The position numbers were made by a program, and so were the translations under genes. A stretch of 59,007 bases of DNA from a bacterium (GTDB lineage: Bacteria; Bacillota_I; Bacilli_A; RF39; UBA660): positions 1 through 59,007 of the forward strand of contig JAUNMG010000006.1 of NCBI GenBank assembly GCA_030531905.1, read 5' to 3'. Positions 18,745-28,285 of the stretch are shown here, piece by piece (position 1 is the stretch's first letter; every line of letters begins with the position of its first letter). The notes under the pieces were generated by a model that saw nothing but the letters and a program-made list of their open reading frames with translations, did not search any database and was not told where the DNA came from.

Positions 18745-19287
18745 ATGAAAAAATTAGTAGTAATTTTTCTAATACTTATTATATTTACAACAGGTTGTTC
18801 TGTTAAAAAAGTAGAAGAATTAACAGATAGTGAAAAGTTTGCTAAAGAATATAATGTTAGTAAAAATAATCCATTTGTTTATTCTAGTTATAAAGATATA
18901 GTTACTATTTTAGAAAGTGGAACAGGACTTATTTTACTTGCTAATTCTGATGATGAAGGAAGTATAGAAGCTGTAGGACTAATAAATAGTGAAGCTAAAA
19001 AATTATCTATTAAAGAAATTAATTATTATAATCTTGATACTTTAAAGAATAAAGAAAAAGGTAAATATAAAAGACTAAAAATGGAACTAAAAGAAGATAT
19101 TTCTGATTTTGATTTTGAAATTCCTCTTTTAGTTGCTGTTAAAGATGGTAAGATAATAAACTACAGTAATTGTTTTTCAAAAGAAGAGGAATTATCTAGT
19201 GAATATCTTACTAAGAAAAGATTAAAAAGTATTAGAGAAAAGTATTCTGAAATATTGAGTTATAAAGAGAATTCTAAAAATGAGTAG
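18745..19287 (+). CDS. Lipoprotein with a thioredoxin-like fold lacking CxxC
   Basis: Lipobox (IFTTG-C), NPFVY..Y..I...L.SGTG and IP.LVAVKDGKII; no Cys pair at the expected site. Confidence 0.5.
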   Translation: MKKLVVIFLILIIFTTGCSVKKVEELTDSEKFAKEYNVSKNNPFVYSSYKDIVTILESGTGLILLANSDDEGSIEAVGLINSEAKKLSIKEINYYNLDTLKNKEKGKYKRLKMELKEDISDFDFEIPLLVAVKDGKIINYSNCFSKEEELSSEYLTKKRLKSIREKYSEILSYKENSKNE

Positions 19288-19362
19288 AATTCTTTTTTCT
19301 TGCTATTTTTTATCTTTAATTATATAATGTAGTTATATTAAGAAGATAAGGAGTTGTTATGT

Positions 19363-20406
19363 ATGAACAAAGATGATGAAATGAGTAATACATTTGTTGC
19401 TGAAGTAGGCCAAAAGTCAGCAATATTTAATCCAGAAAACAATGAACCAATAGAAAGTTTGGAAGAAACTACCTTTCCAGAAGTTAAAATTGATCCACCA
19501 AAGGATATGCCTAGTGTTTTAGAAAATGATAAACCAGATTTGACAGAAAAAGAACAAGAATTAGAAAAAAGTGATAATAATAATGATGAGGAGGATGATG
19601 AATTTCTAGAATCTAAGAAAAAGAAAAAAAATAAAAAGAGAAATCCATTTATAACATTTCTAATTATAATTGTTTGTTTAGCTTTGGGAGCTTTTGGAAG
19701 TTATTATTATTTTGAAATTTTTAATAAAACTAGTGATGATAAAACTTCAACAGAACAAAAAAATACAAATAATAGTGTGGTTCAAAAAGAAGATACAGAA
19801 GAAATTTTACCAACAAGCACTTATATTGAAAAGTTAATTGAAAAATATGATACAACTGAAACTCAATATAAACCAGTTATTTATCAAAATTTATATTCTA
19901 AAGATAAAATTATGGCTTCTGATTTAGATAATGAATATGTTCAAAAATTAGGTGTTGCTAATATAAGAAATAGTTTCTATTTTACTGAGGATGAACTAAA
20001 TAACAGTTTAGCTGAATTATTTGGAAAAGATAAATTTAAGGCAGTAGAAAAGGAAATAGAATTTACAAATGATTGTAGCACTTATAAATATAATAATAAA
20101 TCATATACACTAGAAGTTAATACTGGATGTGGTGGAACATCTACTTTAACAATGAAAAGAAAAATAGTTAAAGCAGAAAAAAAAGATAATAATTTGTATG
20201 TTAATGTAGCAGTTGCACTAACAGATGGAAATAAAATTTATAAAGGTTATGATGGAGAAAAAGCAACAGATGAACTTGCAGATTATACATACCAAACATT
20301 TGATATTGAAAAAGATTATGCTAAATTAAATCAATATAAATATACTTTTGATTATGATAAAGATAATAATAATTATTATTTAGAAAGTATAGAATTAGTT
20401 AAGTAG
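19363..20406 (+). CDS. Single-pass membrane protein of unknown function
   Basis: Acidic N-terminal region, KKKKKNKKR, one TM, then a soluble domain with a C..C pair. Confidence 0.6.
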   Translation: MNKDDEMSNTFVAEVGQKSAIFNPENNEPIESLEETTFPEVKIDPPKDMPSVLENDKPDLTEKEQELEKSDNNNDEEDDEFLESKKKKKNKKRNPFITFLIIIVCLALGAFGSYYYFEIFNKTSDDKTSTEQKNTNNSVVQKEDTEEILPTSTYIEKLIEKYDTTETQYKPVIYQNLYSKDKIMASDLDNEYVQKLGVANIRNSFYFTEDELNNSLAELFGKDKFKAVEKEIEFTNDCSTYKYNNKSYTLEVNTGCGGTSTLTMKRKIVKAEKKDNNLYVNVAVALTDGNKIYKGYDGEKATDELADYTYQTFDIEKDYAKLNQYKYTFDYDKDNNNYYLESIELVK

Positions 20407-20424
20407 AAATTATTTCTACTTTTT
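20401..20424 (+). terminator. Intrinsic terminator
   Basis: AAGTAGAAAT-T-ATTTCTACTT followed by TTT. Confidence 0.55.
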
Positions 20425-20469
20425 CTTTATTTTATAATTTTAATATATTATAATAATACTTAAGGAGAG

Positions 20470-21021
20470 ATGAAAATGAATGAAACAATTATTTCTTTAG
20501 CAAAAGAAAAAATGAATAAAACAATAGAATCATATGAACAAAGACTTAGAACAGTAAGAGCAGGAAGAGCTAATCCTTCAAGTTTAGATGGTATTGTTGT
20601 ATCTTATTATGGATCTATGACTCCACTTAAACAGTTAGCAACAATTTCTGTACCTGAGGCTACACAATTATTAATAAAACCATTTGATAAAGGATGTTTA
20701 AAAGATATTGAAAAAGCAATCTTTGAATCAAATTTAGGTTATACTCCAAACAATGATGGAGAATCAATTAGAATTGTAATTCCAGCACTAACTGAAGAAA
20801 GAAGAAAAGAATTAACAAAACAGGTTAAAGCTATGGCAGAAGATGCTAAAGTATCAATTAGAAATGCAAGACATGATGGTTTAGATGAAGCTAAAAAACA
20901 AGAACTTCCAGAAGATTTAGAAAAACAAGTAGAAAAAGATATTCAAGATTTAGTAAATCAATATAATAAGAAAATAGAAGAAATTTTAAAAGCAAAAGAA
21001 CAAGAATTATTAACAGTCTAA
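20470..21021 (+). CDS. frr: Ribosome recycling factor
   Basis: RTVRAGRANP, YYGSMTPL, NDGESIR..IPALTEERRKEL. Confidence 0.97.
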   Translation: MKMNETIISLAKEKMNKTIESYEQRLRTVRAGRANPSSLDGIVVSYYGSMTPLKQLATISVPEATQLLIKPFDKGCLKDIEKAIFESNLGYTPNNDGESIRIVIPALTEERRKELTKQVKAMAEDAKVSIRNARHDGLDEAKKQELPEDLEKQVEKDIQDLVNQYNKKIEEILKAKEQELLTV

Positions 21022-21067
21022 AAATACTAGTAAATTTGTACTTTTTGTGATATAATACAGCTATCGA

Positions 21068-21292
21068 TGTTGATTAAGAAGTAGTAATATAATGATTATT
21101 TTTAGAGAGTCTGTGGTTGGTGGAAACAGATAATATAATTATATGAATTCGTCTTAGGAGTCCTTATTAATAGTAAGCGTAATTCTTGCGTTAAAAGAAT
21201 ATAAGTGTATAGTAAGTAATAAATAACTATAAACTAAGGTGGTACCGCGATAATTCGTCCTTAGATTATAGTTATTTTTTTTGTAAGGAGGA
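21068..21292 (+). promoter_or_regulatory. T-box riboswitch (Phe, specifier UUC)
   Basis: AGAGAG and GGTGGAAA Stem I motifs, TTC at 21148-21150, T-box AACTAAGGTGGTACCGCG with partner CGTCCTTAG; upstream of pheS. Confidence 0.92.
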
Positions 21293-21297
21293 TATAT

Positions 21298-22356
21298 ATG
21301 AAATATGAACAAGTAGAAGAAGTTAAAAAACTATTAGAAAAAGATATGGATACTATTTCTAATATGGATGAACTTAATGAGTTAAAAGTAAAGTATTTAG
21401 GTAAAAAAGGACTTATAACTAATCTCAATCAATTAATAAAAGAAATTCCAAATGAAGAGAAAAAAGAGTTTGGAGGAAGTGTCAATGAAGTTAGAAGTGT
21501 TTTTACAGAATTTTATGAAAATAGAAAAAATGCTTATGAAGAAGAGATTCTTAATAAAAAATTAGCAAGTGAAGCTATTGATATATCACTTCCTGCTACT
21601 AAAGTAGCAAGTGGTGCTCCTAGTATCTTAGAAAAACTAGTAGAAGAAGTCGAAGAAGTTTTTATGTCTATGGGATATGATGTAGTGGATGGACCTGAAA
21701 TAGAACTTGATAAATATAACTTTGAAATGTTAAATATTCCAAAGGGACATCCAGCTAGAGATGCTCAAGATACATTCTATATAGAAGGAGAAGAAGTTTT
21801 ACTTAGAAGTCAAACTTCACCAGTTCAAGTTCGTACAATGTTAAAAGGAAAAGGAGAAGTTCCAATTCGTGTAATTTGTCCTGGAAAAACTTATAGAAGA
21901 GATGATGATGATGCAACTCATTCACATCAATTTATGCAAATAGAAGGATTATTAGTTGATAAAAATATTTCTTTATCAGACTTAAAAGGTACAATCGATG
22001 TTTTAGTAAAAAAATTATTTGGACCTGAAACAGAAACACGTCTTCATCCAAGTTATTATCAGTTTACTGAACCATCTGTAGAAGCAGATATTAGTTGTTT
22101 TAACTGTCATGGAGCAGGATGCAATATTTGTAAAAATACAGGTTGGATTACTGTAGCAGGAGCAGGTGTAGTTCATCCAAATGTTTTAAAGATGGGAGGA
22201 TATGATCCCGAAAAATGGAGTGGTTTTGCTTTCGGATTTGGATCAGAACGACTTGCAATGTTAAAATATGGAATCAATGACTGTAGAGTTTTCTATAATA
22301 CAGATTTAAGAGAAGAAAAAGTATTTGATAGAAAGGAGAAAGATTTAAATGATTAG
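21298..22356 (+). CDS. pheS: Phenylalanine--tRNA ligase alpha subunit
   Basis: HPARDAQDTFY, LRSQTSPVQ, YRRDDDDATHSHQF, FTEPS, GFAFGFG. Confidence 0.97.
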   Translation: MKYEQVEEVKKLLEKDMDTISNMDELNELKVKYLGKKGLITNLNQLIKEIPNEEKKEFGGSVNEVRSVFTEFYENRKNAYEEEILNKKLASEAIDISLPATKVASGAPSILEKLVEEVEEVFMSMGYDVVDGPEIELDKYNFEMLNIPKGHPARDAQDTFYIEGEEVLLRSQTSPVQVRTMLKGKGEVPIRVICPGKTYRRDDDDATHSHQFMQIEGLLVDKNISLSDLKGTIDVLVKKLFGPETETRLHPSYYQFTEPSVEADISCFNCHGAGCNICKNTGWITVAGAGVVHPNVLKMGGYDPEKWSGFAFGFGSERLAMLKYGINDCRVFYNTDLREEKVFDRKEKDLND

Positions 22357-24721
22357 TTTAGAGTGGGTAAGTGATTACATTGATATATCAGACCAAGATT
22401 TAAAAGAATTAGCTGTAAAAATTACACAATCAGGTATTAATGTTGAAAAAGTAATTACTAATCATATTGATAACTTAGTTATTGGAGAAGTAATCTCTTG
22501 TGTTGAACATCCTGATAGTGATCATTTACATGTATGTATGGTTGATGTTGGTAAGAGTGAAGCTATTCAAATAGTTTGTGGAGCACCTAACGTACGTGAA
22601 GGATTAAAAGTAATCGTTTCTCTTCCAGGAGCAGTTTTACCAGGTGATTTTGAAATTAAAAAGGGTAAAATTCGTGGAGTAGAGTCAAATGGAATGATTT
22701 GTGCTTTATATGAGTTAGGTTTAGAAGAAAAAAATGATGAAACTTATGCCAAAGGAATTGAAGAATTAGATAGTAGTGCTAAAGTAGGAGAAGATCCTTT
22801 AAAATATTTAGGACTTGATGATACATTATATGAATTAGATATTCATAAACATAGAAATAATGATTGTTATTATCATATTGGTTTTGCTTATGAAATAGGG
22901 GCTATTCTAAACAGAAAAGTTAAGCTACCAGAAGATAGTTTCAAAGAAAGCGATGACTCTATTAATAATCATTTTAGTCTAGATGTTGAAACAGAAAAGT
23001 GCCCTTACTATACAGCAAGAATGGTAACTAATGTTAAGATTAAAGAAAGTCCAGATTTCATTAAAAAAAGACTTGTAAGAGCAGGTATGAGACCTATTAA
23101 TAATGTTGTAGATATTTCTAATTATGTAATGTTAGAATATGGACAACCACTTCATTTCTTTGATAAGAAAAAATTAGGAGATAAAATCTTAGTAAGAGAT
23201 GCTAAAGAAGAAGAAAAAGTAATTACTTTAGATGGAAAAGAAAGAGTTTTATCACCTTCAGATATAGTAATAACAGATGGAGAAAAACCAGTTTGTATCG
23301 CAGGAGTAATGGGTGGAGAAAATACAGAAGTAGATGATAATACAACTGATATCTTAATCGAAGCAGCAATCTTTGATCCTGTTAGTATTAGATACACAGC
23401 TTCAAAACTTGATCTTAGAAGTGAAGCTTCAATTAGATATGGTAAAGGACTTAGTTTTGAATACACTGATAAAGCTTTAAATCGAGCTTGTCATTTACTT
23501 GAAAAGTATGCTGATGCTGAAGTGCTTACAGATGTTGTTAAATATGATAAAGTTGATAAAAGTGTTAAAACAGTAGAATTTAGTCCAGAAGATATTAATA
23601 AATTACTTGGAATCAAAATAGATGAAGAAGATATGAAAGTTGAACTTGGAAGATTAGACTTTGATTATGGATATAATGATGGTAAGTTTAAAGTTACAAT
23701 TCCAAGAAGAAGATTAGATATTGATCCATATGTTAATGATATAGCAGAAGAAATTGGAAGACTTTATGGATATCAAAATTTAGTTTCAACACTTCCTGTT
23801 GTTCCTATTAGAAGAGGAGATTATATAGGAGATGTTAAGTATCGTAAAGAAATATCTAAAAGACTTAGAAGATTAGGTTTAAATGAAGCTAAAACTTATA
23901 CTTTGGTTTCACCTGATATGGCTAAATTATTTGACTATGAACATAAAGAAAAAGTAATTTTACCAAATCCAATGAGTATAGATAAGAGCGTTGTAAGAAC
24001 ATCAATTATTCCTTCACTTCTAAATGTATATACTTATAATAAAAAACGTAAGGTTAAAGATATCTTACTTTACGAAGTTGCTAAAACATATGATAAATCA
24101 TATAATGAAGAAAGTAAAATTGCAGGATTATTAGCAGGTAATTATATTTCTAATGGTTGGGACTTTTCAAAAAAAGTAGATTTCTATTTAGTAAAAGGAA
24201 TCGTAGAAGATTTACTTGATTATATGGGATTTAAAAATAGATATAGTTTTGTTAAAGAAAAAGTAGATGACTTACATCCAGGAATTAGTGCTAAAATCTT
24301 ATTAGATAGAAAAGAAATTGGTGTTATTGGTCGAGTTCATCCTAAAGTTTTAAAAGATGAAGTATATGTATTTGAACTTTCTTTACAAGCTTTAATGTCT
24401 AATATAAAACCATTAAAATATAAGGAAGCTTTAAAATATCCTGGTATTGAAAAAGATATGGCTTTCATTTTAGATAAAGATATTATGGCAGATAGTGTTA
24501 CTTCAACAATCAGACATGCTGGTGGAAGACTTCTTTCAGATATTAAAGTATTTGATGTTTATACAGGAGAAAATGTAGGTAAAGATGAAAAATCAATTGC
24601 TTTTTCTTGTATGTTTGAAGATAAGAGTAGAACTTTAACAGATGAAGAAGTAATGACTGTATTTAATAACATCATAGAAAAAGTAGAAAATACTCATAAT
24701 GCTAAATTAAGAGATAAGTAA
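22349..24721 (+). CDS. pheT: Phenylalanine--tRNA ligase beta subunit
   Basis: HPDSDHL, IVCGAPNV, RGVESNGMIC, YVMLEYGQPLH, C-terminal FDX-ACB domain. Confidence 0.97.
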   Translation: MISLEWVSDYIDISDQDLKELAVKITQSGINVEKVITNHIDNLVIGEVISCVEHPDSDHLHVCMVDVGKSEAIQIVCGAPNVREGLKVIVSLPGAVLPGDFEIKKGKIRGVESNGMICALYELGLEEKNDETYAKGIEELDSSAKVGEDPLKYLGLDDTLYELDIHKHRNNDCYYHIGFAYEIGAILNRKVKLPEDSFKESDDSINNHFSLDVETEKCPYYTARMVTNVKIKESPDFIKKRLVRAGMRPINNVVDISNYVMLEYGQPLHFFDKKKLGDKILVRDAKEEEKVITLDGKERVLSPSDIVITDGEKPVCIAGVMGGENTEVDDNTTDILIEAAIFDPVSIRYTASKLDLRSEASIRYGKGLSFEYTDKALNRACHLLEKYADAEVLTDVVKYDKVDKSVKTVEFSPEDINKLLGIKIDEEDMKVELGRLDFDYGYNDGKFKVTIPRRRLDIDPYVNDIAEEIGRLYGYQNLVSTLPVVPIRRGDYIGDVKYRKEISKRLRRLGLNEAKTYTLVSPDMAKLFDYEHKEKVILPNPMSIDKSVVRTSIIPSLLNVYTYNKKRKVKDILLYEVAKTYDKSYNEESKIAGLLAGNYISNGWDFSKKVDFYLVKGIVEDLLDYMGFKNRYSFVKEKVDDLHPGISAKILLDRKEIGVIGRVHPKVLKDEVYVFELSLQALMSNIKPLKYKEALKYPGIEKDMAFILDKDIMADSVTSTIRHAGGRLLSDIKVFDVYTGENVGKDEKSIAFSCMFEDKSRTLTDEEVMTVFNNIIEKVENTHNAKLRDK

Positions 24722-24746
24722 AAGGTACAATTAAAGTACCTTTTTC
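24721..24746 (+). terminator. Intrinsic terminator
   Basis: AAAGGTAC-AATTAAA-GTACCTTT followed by TTT. Confidence 0.65.
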
Positions 24747-24833
24747 TTTGTAAAGTAGTTATTTTATGTGTTCTTTGTTATTTACAAAGCAAGATAAATC
24801 AGCTATAATTTTAGCTAGAATGGATGTGTTTTT

Positions 24834-25427
24834 ATGAAAAAGAAACAAGCAAAAGATCTAAATAAAAAGATAAATAAATTGGGTTTGTGCGTATTAATAT
24901 TAAGTATAATTATTTGTGTGTTTGCAGTAAGTTATGCTATATGGACAAAAGTTTATGAAGGAAAAAAAGTCAATTTAATTGAAACAGCAACGCTAATATT
25001 GACATTAGATGAATCCTTAGATAATGCTATATCACTAGTAAATGCAGTTCCAGTGTCAGATGATAAAGGTCTTACTTTTGATGCATATACATTTAAACTT
25101 AAAAATTCTGGTACAGTTGGTGCTAATTATCGCTTAATGATTGTGAATGATACGGATACATATCAAAAAGATGGATGTATTAATAGCAAATTGGATTGGT
25201 CAAATATAAGATATTCATTTCAAAAAAATAATGAAGCTTCTATCAAAGGAACTTTAGCAGATACTGCTGGTATCTTAGATTTAGGTGAAATTGCAAAAGG
25301 AGAGGTCAATTCTTATTCATTAAAACTTTGGATAAAAAGCAGTGCTACTAATGAAATAATGAATCAACATTTTCATGGAGTTATTAAAGTAGAGGCAATT
25401 CAAGAAGATCAAAAATTGGAAGATTAA
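24834..25427 (+). CDS. Exported protein with a SipW-type signal (TasA/CalY-like), paralog of 33169-33738
   Basis: Basic N-terminus, hydrophobic stretch ending SYAIW; beta-rich body with Y.F.LKN.G and Y.LKLWI. Confidence 0.5.
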   Translation: MKKKQAKDLNKKINKLGLCVLILSIIICVFAVSYAIWTKVYEGKKVNLIETATLILTLDESLDNAISLVNAVPVSDDKGLTFDAYTFKLKNSGTVGANYRLMIVNDTDTYQKDGCINSKLDWSNIRYSFQKNNEASIKGTLADTAGILDLGEIAKGEVNSYSLKLWIKSSATNEIMNQHFHGVIKVEAIQEDQKLED

Positions 25428-25499
25428 AACTATGCAATATCTTCTTTTTTTTCTAAAAATAACATAAAATTATGATATAATGATATAGGACGTGATAGA

Positions 25500-26582
25500 A
25501 TGAAAGTAGTTATCTGCGCTGGAGGTACAGGAGGACATATTTATCCTGCTTTAGCAATAATTAATAAAATTAAAGAAAAAGAACCACTTAGTCAGTTTTT
25601 ATATATAGGTACAACAAATAGAATGGAAGCAGAATTAATTCCAAAATTAGGCATAAAATTTGTTGGAATTGAAATGGAAGGCTTAGATAGAAAGAATGTA
25701 TTTAAAAATATAGGAGTTTTTATTAAATATAAGAAAGCAATCAAAGAAGCAAAAAAAGCAATTAAAGAATTTGATCCTCATATAGTTATTGGAGCTGGTG
25801 GATATATTACAGCACCAGTTTTGATAGCGGCTCATAAACTAAAATATAAAACTCTAATTCATGAGCAAAATTCAGTGCCAGGAGTTTCTAACAAATTGCT
25901 ATCAAGATATGCTGATAAAATTTGTGTTTCTCTACCTAGTACGGTAAAGGATTTTCCAAAAGATAAAGTTATTTATACTGGTAATCCTAGAAGTGAAGAA
26001 ATTATTTCTACAAAAAAGATAGACAAAGAACAGTTTGGGTTAAATAAAGATAAAAAACTAGTAGTTATCGTTATGGGTTCTCTTGGTTCTACTACTATGA
26101 CAGAAAAACTAAAGCAATTAATTCCCGCTTTTAATAATAAAAATTATCAAGTTATTATTATTACAGGTAAAAAATACTATGATTCATATAATAATATTTC
26201 TATTCCTAAGAATGTAGCATTGCTTCCTTTCTTAGATAATCTTATTGGACTTTTGAAATCAACTGATTTATTAATTTCAAGAGCAGGAGCATCAACTATT
26301 GCAGAAATAACTGCAATAGGATTACCTTCAATACTTGTTCCTTCTCCTTATGTAACTAATAATCACCAATATAAAAATGCCAAAGAACTAGAAGAATTAG
26401 GAGCTGTAGAGTTAATAGAAGAAGATGATTTTTTTTATACAAGTATTATTCCTAGAATTGATGCTATTTTAGAAAATAAAGTTTTATATAATAAAATGAA
26501 AGAAAGTTCTTTGAAATTAGGGGTTAGAGATTCAGCTACTAGAATTTATCAAGAAATTAAGAAAATTGTTAAGGATGATTAG
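25500..26582 (+). CDS. murG: MurG glycosyltransferase
   Basis: GGTGGHIYP, GAGGY, HEQN, GNP, GSLGS, RAGAST. Confidence 0.96.
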   Translation: MKVVICAGGTGGHIYPALAIINKIKEKEPLSQFLYIGTTNRMEAELIPKLGIKFVGIEMEGLDRKNVFKNIGVFIKYKKAIKEAKKAIKEFDPHIVIGAGGYITAPVLIAAHKLKYKTLIHEQNSVPGVSNKLLSRYADKICVSLPSTVKDFPKDKVIYTGNPRSEEIISTKKIDKEQFGLNKDKKLVVIVMGSLGSTTMTEKLKQLIPAFNNKNYQVIIITGKKYYDSYNNISIPKNVALLPFLDNLIGLLKSTDLLISRAGASTIAEITAIGLPSILVPSPYVTNNHQYKNAKELEELGAVELIEEDDFFYTSIIPRIDAILENKVLYNKMKESSLKLGVRDSATRIYQEIKKIVKDD

Positions 26583-26585
26583 AAG

Positions 26586-27491
26586 ATGAGTGAATGGTTA
26601 ACAGATTTAAAACAACTTAATATAGGGAAAATTGAAACAGATACTTCCTTAAAAAAATTTACTACTTATAGAGTAGGTGGAAAAGCCAGATGTGTTATTT
26701 ATCCTAAAAACACAGAAAATCTAGTTAAGTTAATGAAATTTATTAGATCAAGAAATATAAAATATAAGATGTTAGGAAATGGTTCAAATTTGATTTTTAG
26801 TGATGATTTATTTGATGGCATTTTAATTAAACTAACTGAATTTGATAATATTGAAGTAACTAATAATAAAATTAAAGTAGGGGCAGGTTATTCTTTAATG
26901 AAGCTTTCTCGTGTTGCTTTAAAAAATTCATTAACAGGACTAGAGTTTGCTGCTGGTATTCCTGGAACTGTTGGAGGAGCAATATTCATGAATGCAGGTG
27001 CTTATAAAAGCGACATGGGTTATATTGTCCAATCAGTAAAAGTTTTAACAAAAGATTTTAAAATAGTAGAACTTGAAAATAAAGAAATGAATTTCCATTA
27101 TCGTACATCTTTCCTTCAAAAACATCCAGATTATATTTGCTTAGAGGCAATTATTCGTCTAGAAAAAGGAAAGAAAGATGCAATAGAAGAAGTAATGAAA
27201 AGTCGTTTAAAAAGAAGAGTAGAGTCTCAACCCCTTAATTATCCAAGTGCAGGAAGTGTTTTTAGAAATCCAACTGGTATGTTTGCTGGAGAACTAATTG
27301 AAAAGTGTGGTCTAAAAGGATATAAATTAGGTGGGGCTATGATAAGTGATAAGCATGCTAACTTTGTTATTAATACGGGTGATGCAAAAGCATCTGATGT
27401 AAGAGATTTAATTAATATAGCAAGAGAAAAAGTAAAAGCAGAATATAATGTTGATTTAAGAGTAGAACAAGAATTTGTAAATTGGGAGTAA
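26586..27491 (+). CDS. murB: UDP-N-acetylenolpyruvoylglucosamine reductase
   Basis: LGNGSNL, GIPGTVGGAIFMNAGAY, PSAGSVFRNP, HANF. Confidence 0.96.
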   Translation: MSEWLTDLKQLNIGKIETDTSLKKFTTYRVGGKARCVIYPKNTENLVKLMKFIRSRNIKYKMLGNGSNLIFSDDLFDGILIKLTEFDNIEVTNNKIKVGAGYSLMKLSRVALKNSLTGLEFAAGIPGTVGGAIFMNAGAYKSDMGYIVQSVKVLTKDFKIVELENKEMNFHYRTSFLQKHPDYICLEAIIRLEKGKKDAIEEVMKSRLKRRVESQPLNYPSAGSVFRNPTGMFAGELIEKCGLKGYKLGGAMISDKHANFVINTGDAKASDVRDLINIAREKVKAEYNVDLRVEQEFVNWE

Positions 27492-27496
27492 GCTAT

Positions 27497-28186
27497 ATGG
27501 CAAAGAAACTAGTGAAAAAGAAAAAATTAAGAGTATTTAGATTATTTCTAGGTCTTTTGATACTAGCTTTTTTTGCTTTATTAATATATTTGTTACTACA
27601 TACAAAAATAAAAAATATTATTATTAAAAACACTAATTATTTAAATGATGATTATATTATAGAACTTGCAGATATTAAAGATTATCCATCGTTTTTTCTA
27701 ACTAGAAGTAGTTTGATTGAAGAAAAATTAGAAAAAAGCCCATACATAAAAAAGGCAACAATTAAAAAGAAATTTTATAATGTCTTAGAAATAGATATAG
27801 AAGAAAATACTCCCTTGTTTAGCTATGAGGTTAATCATACTATTATCTTTGAAAATAAAAAAAGTATAAAAGAAGATGAAGAAGTAACTTTATTTAGAAT
27901 TCCAAGACTTATGAATTATGTACCAGATACTAAGTATGATATGTTAATAAAAGGATTAAAGAAAATAGATAAAGATATTCTAGGAAAAGTATCAGAAATA
28001 ACATATACACCTAATGAATTTGATAAAGATAGATTTTTATTATATATGGATGATGATAATAGTGTTTATTTAACTCTAACTAAATTCAGAATGTTAAATT
28101 ACTACAATAAAGTATTAACTCAATTAGATGGGAGAAAGGGTGTATTATATTTAGATAGTGGTAATCATTTCCAAATAAAAGAATAG
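27497..28186 (+). CDS. divIB: Cell division protein FtsQ/DivIB
   Basis: Basic N-terminus, TM, POTRA-like domain; GVLYLDSG at the C-terminus; between murB and ftsA. Confidence 0.8.
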   Translation: MAKKLVKKKKLRVFRLFLGLLILAFFALLIYLLLHTKIKNIIIKNTNYLNDDYIIELADIKDYPSFFLTRSSLIEEKLEKSPYIKKATIKKKFYNVLEIDIEENTPLFSYEVNHTIIFENKKSIKEDEEVTLFRIPRLMNYVPDTKYDMLIKGLKKIDKDILGKVSEITYTPNEFDKDRFLLYMDDDNSVYLTLTKFRMLNYYNKVLTQLDGRKGVLYLDSGNHFQIKE

Positions 28187-28285
28187 GAAGATACTGATAG
28201 AATGTATCTTCTTTTTAGTATAAATTAATCTTGTTCTAAAAATTAATTTATAGTATAATAATATTGTTAAGATTGGAGTGATAAT

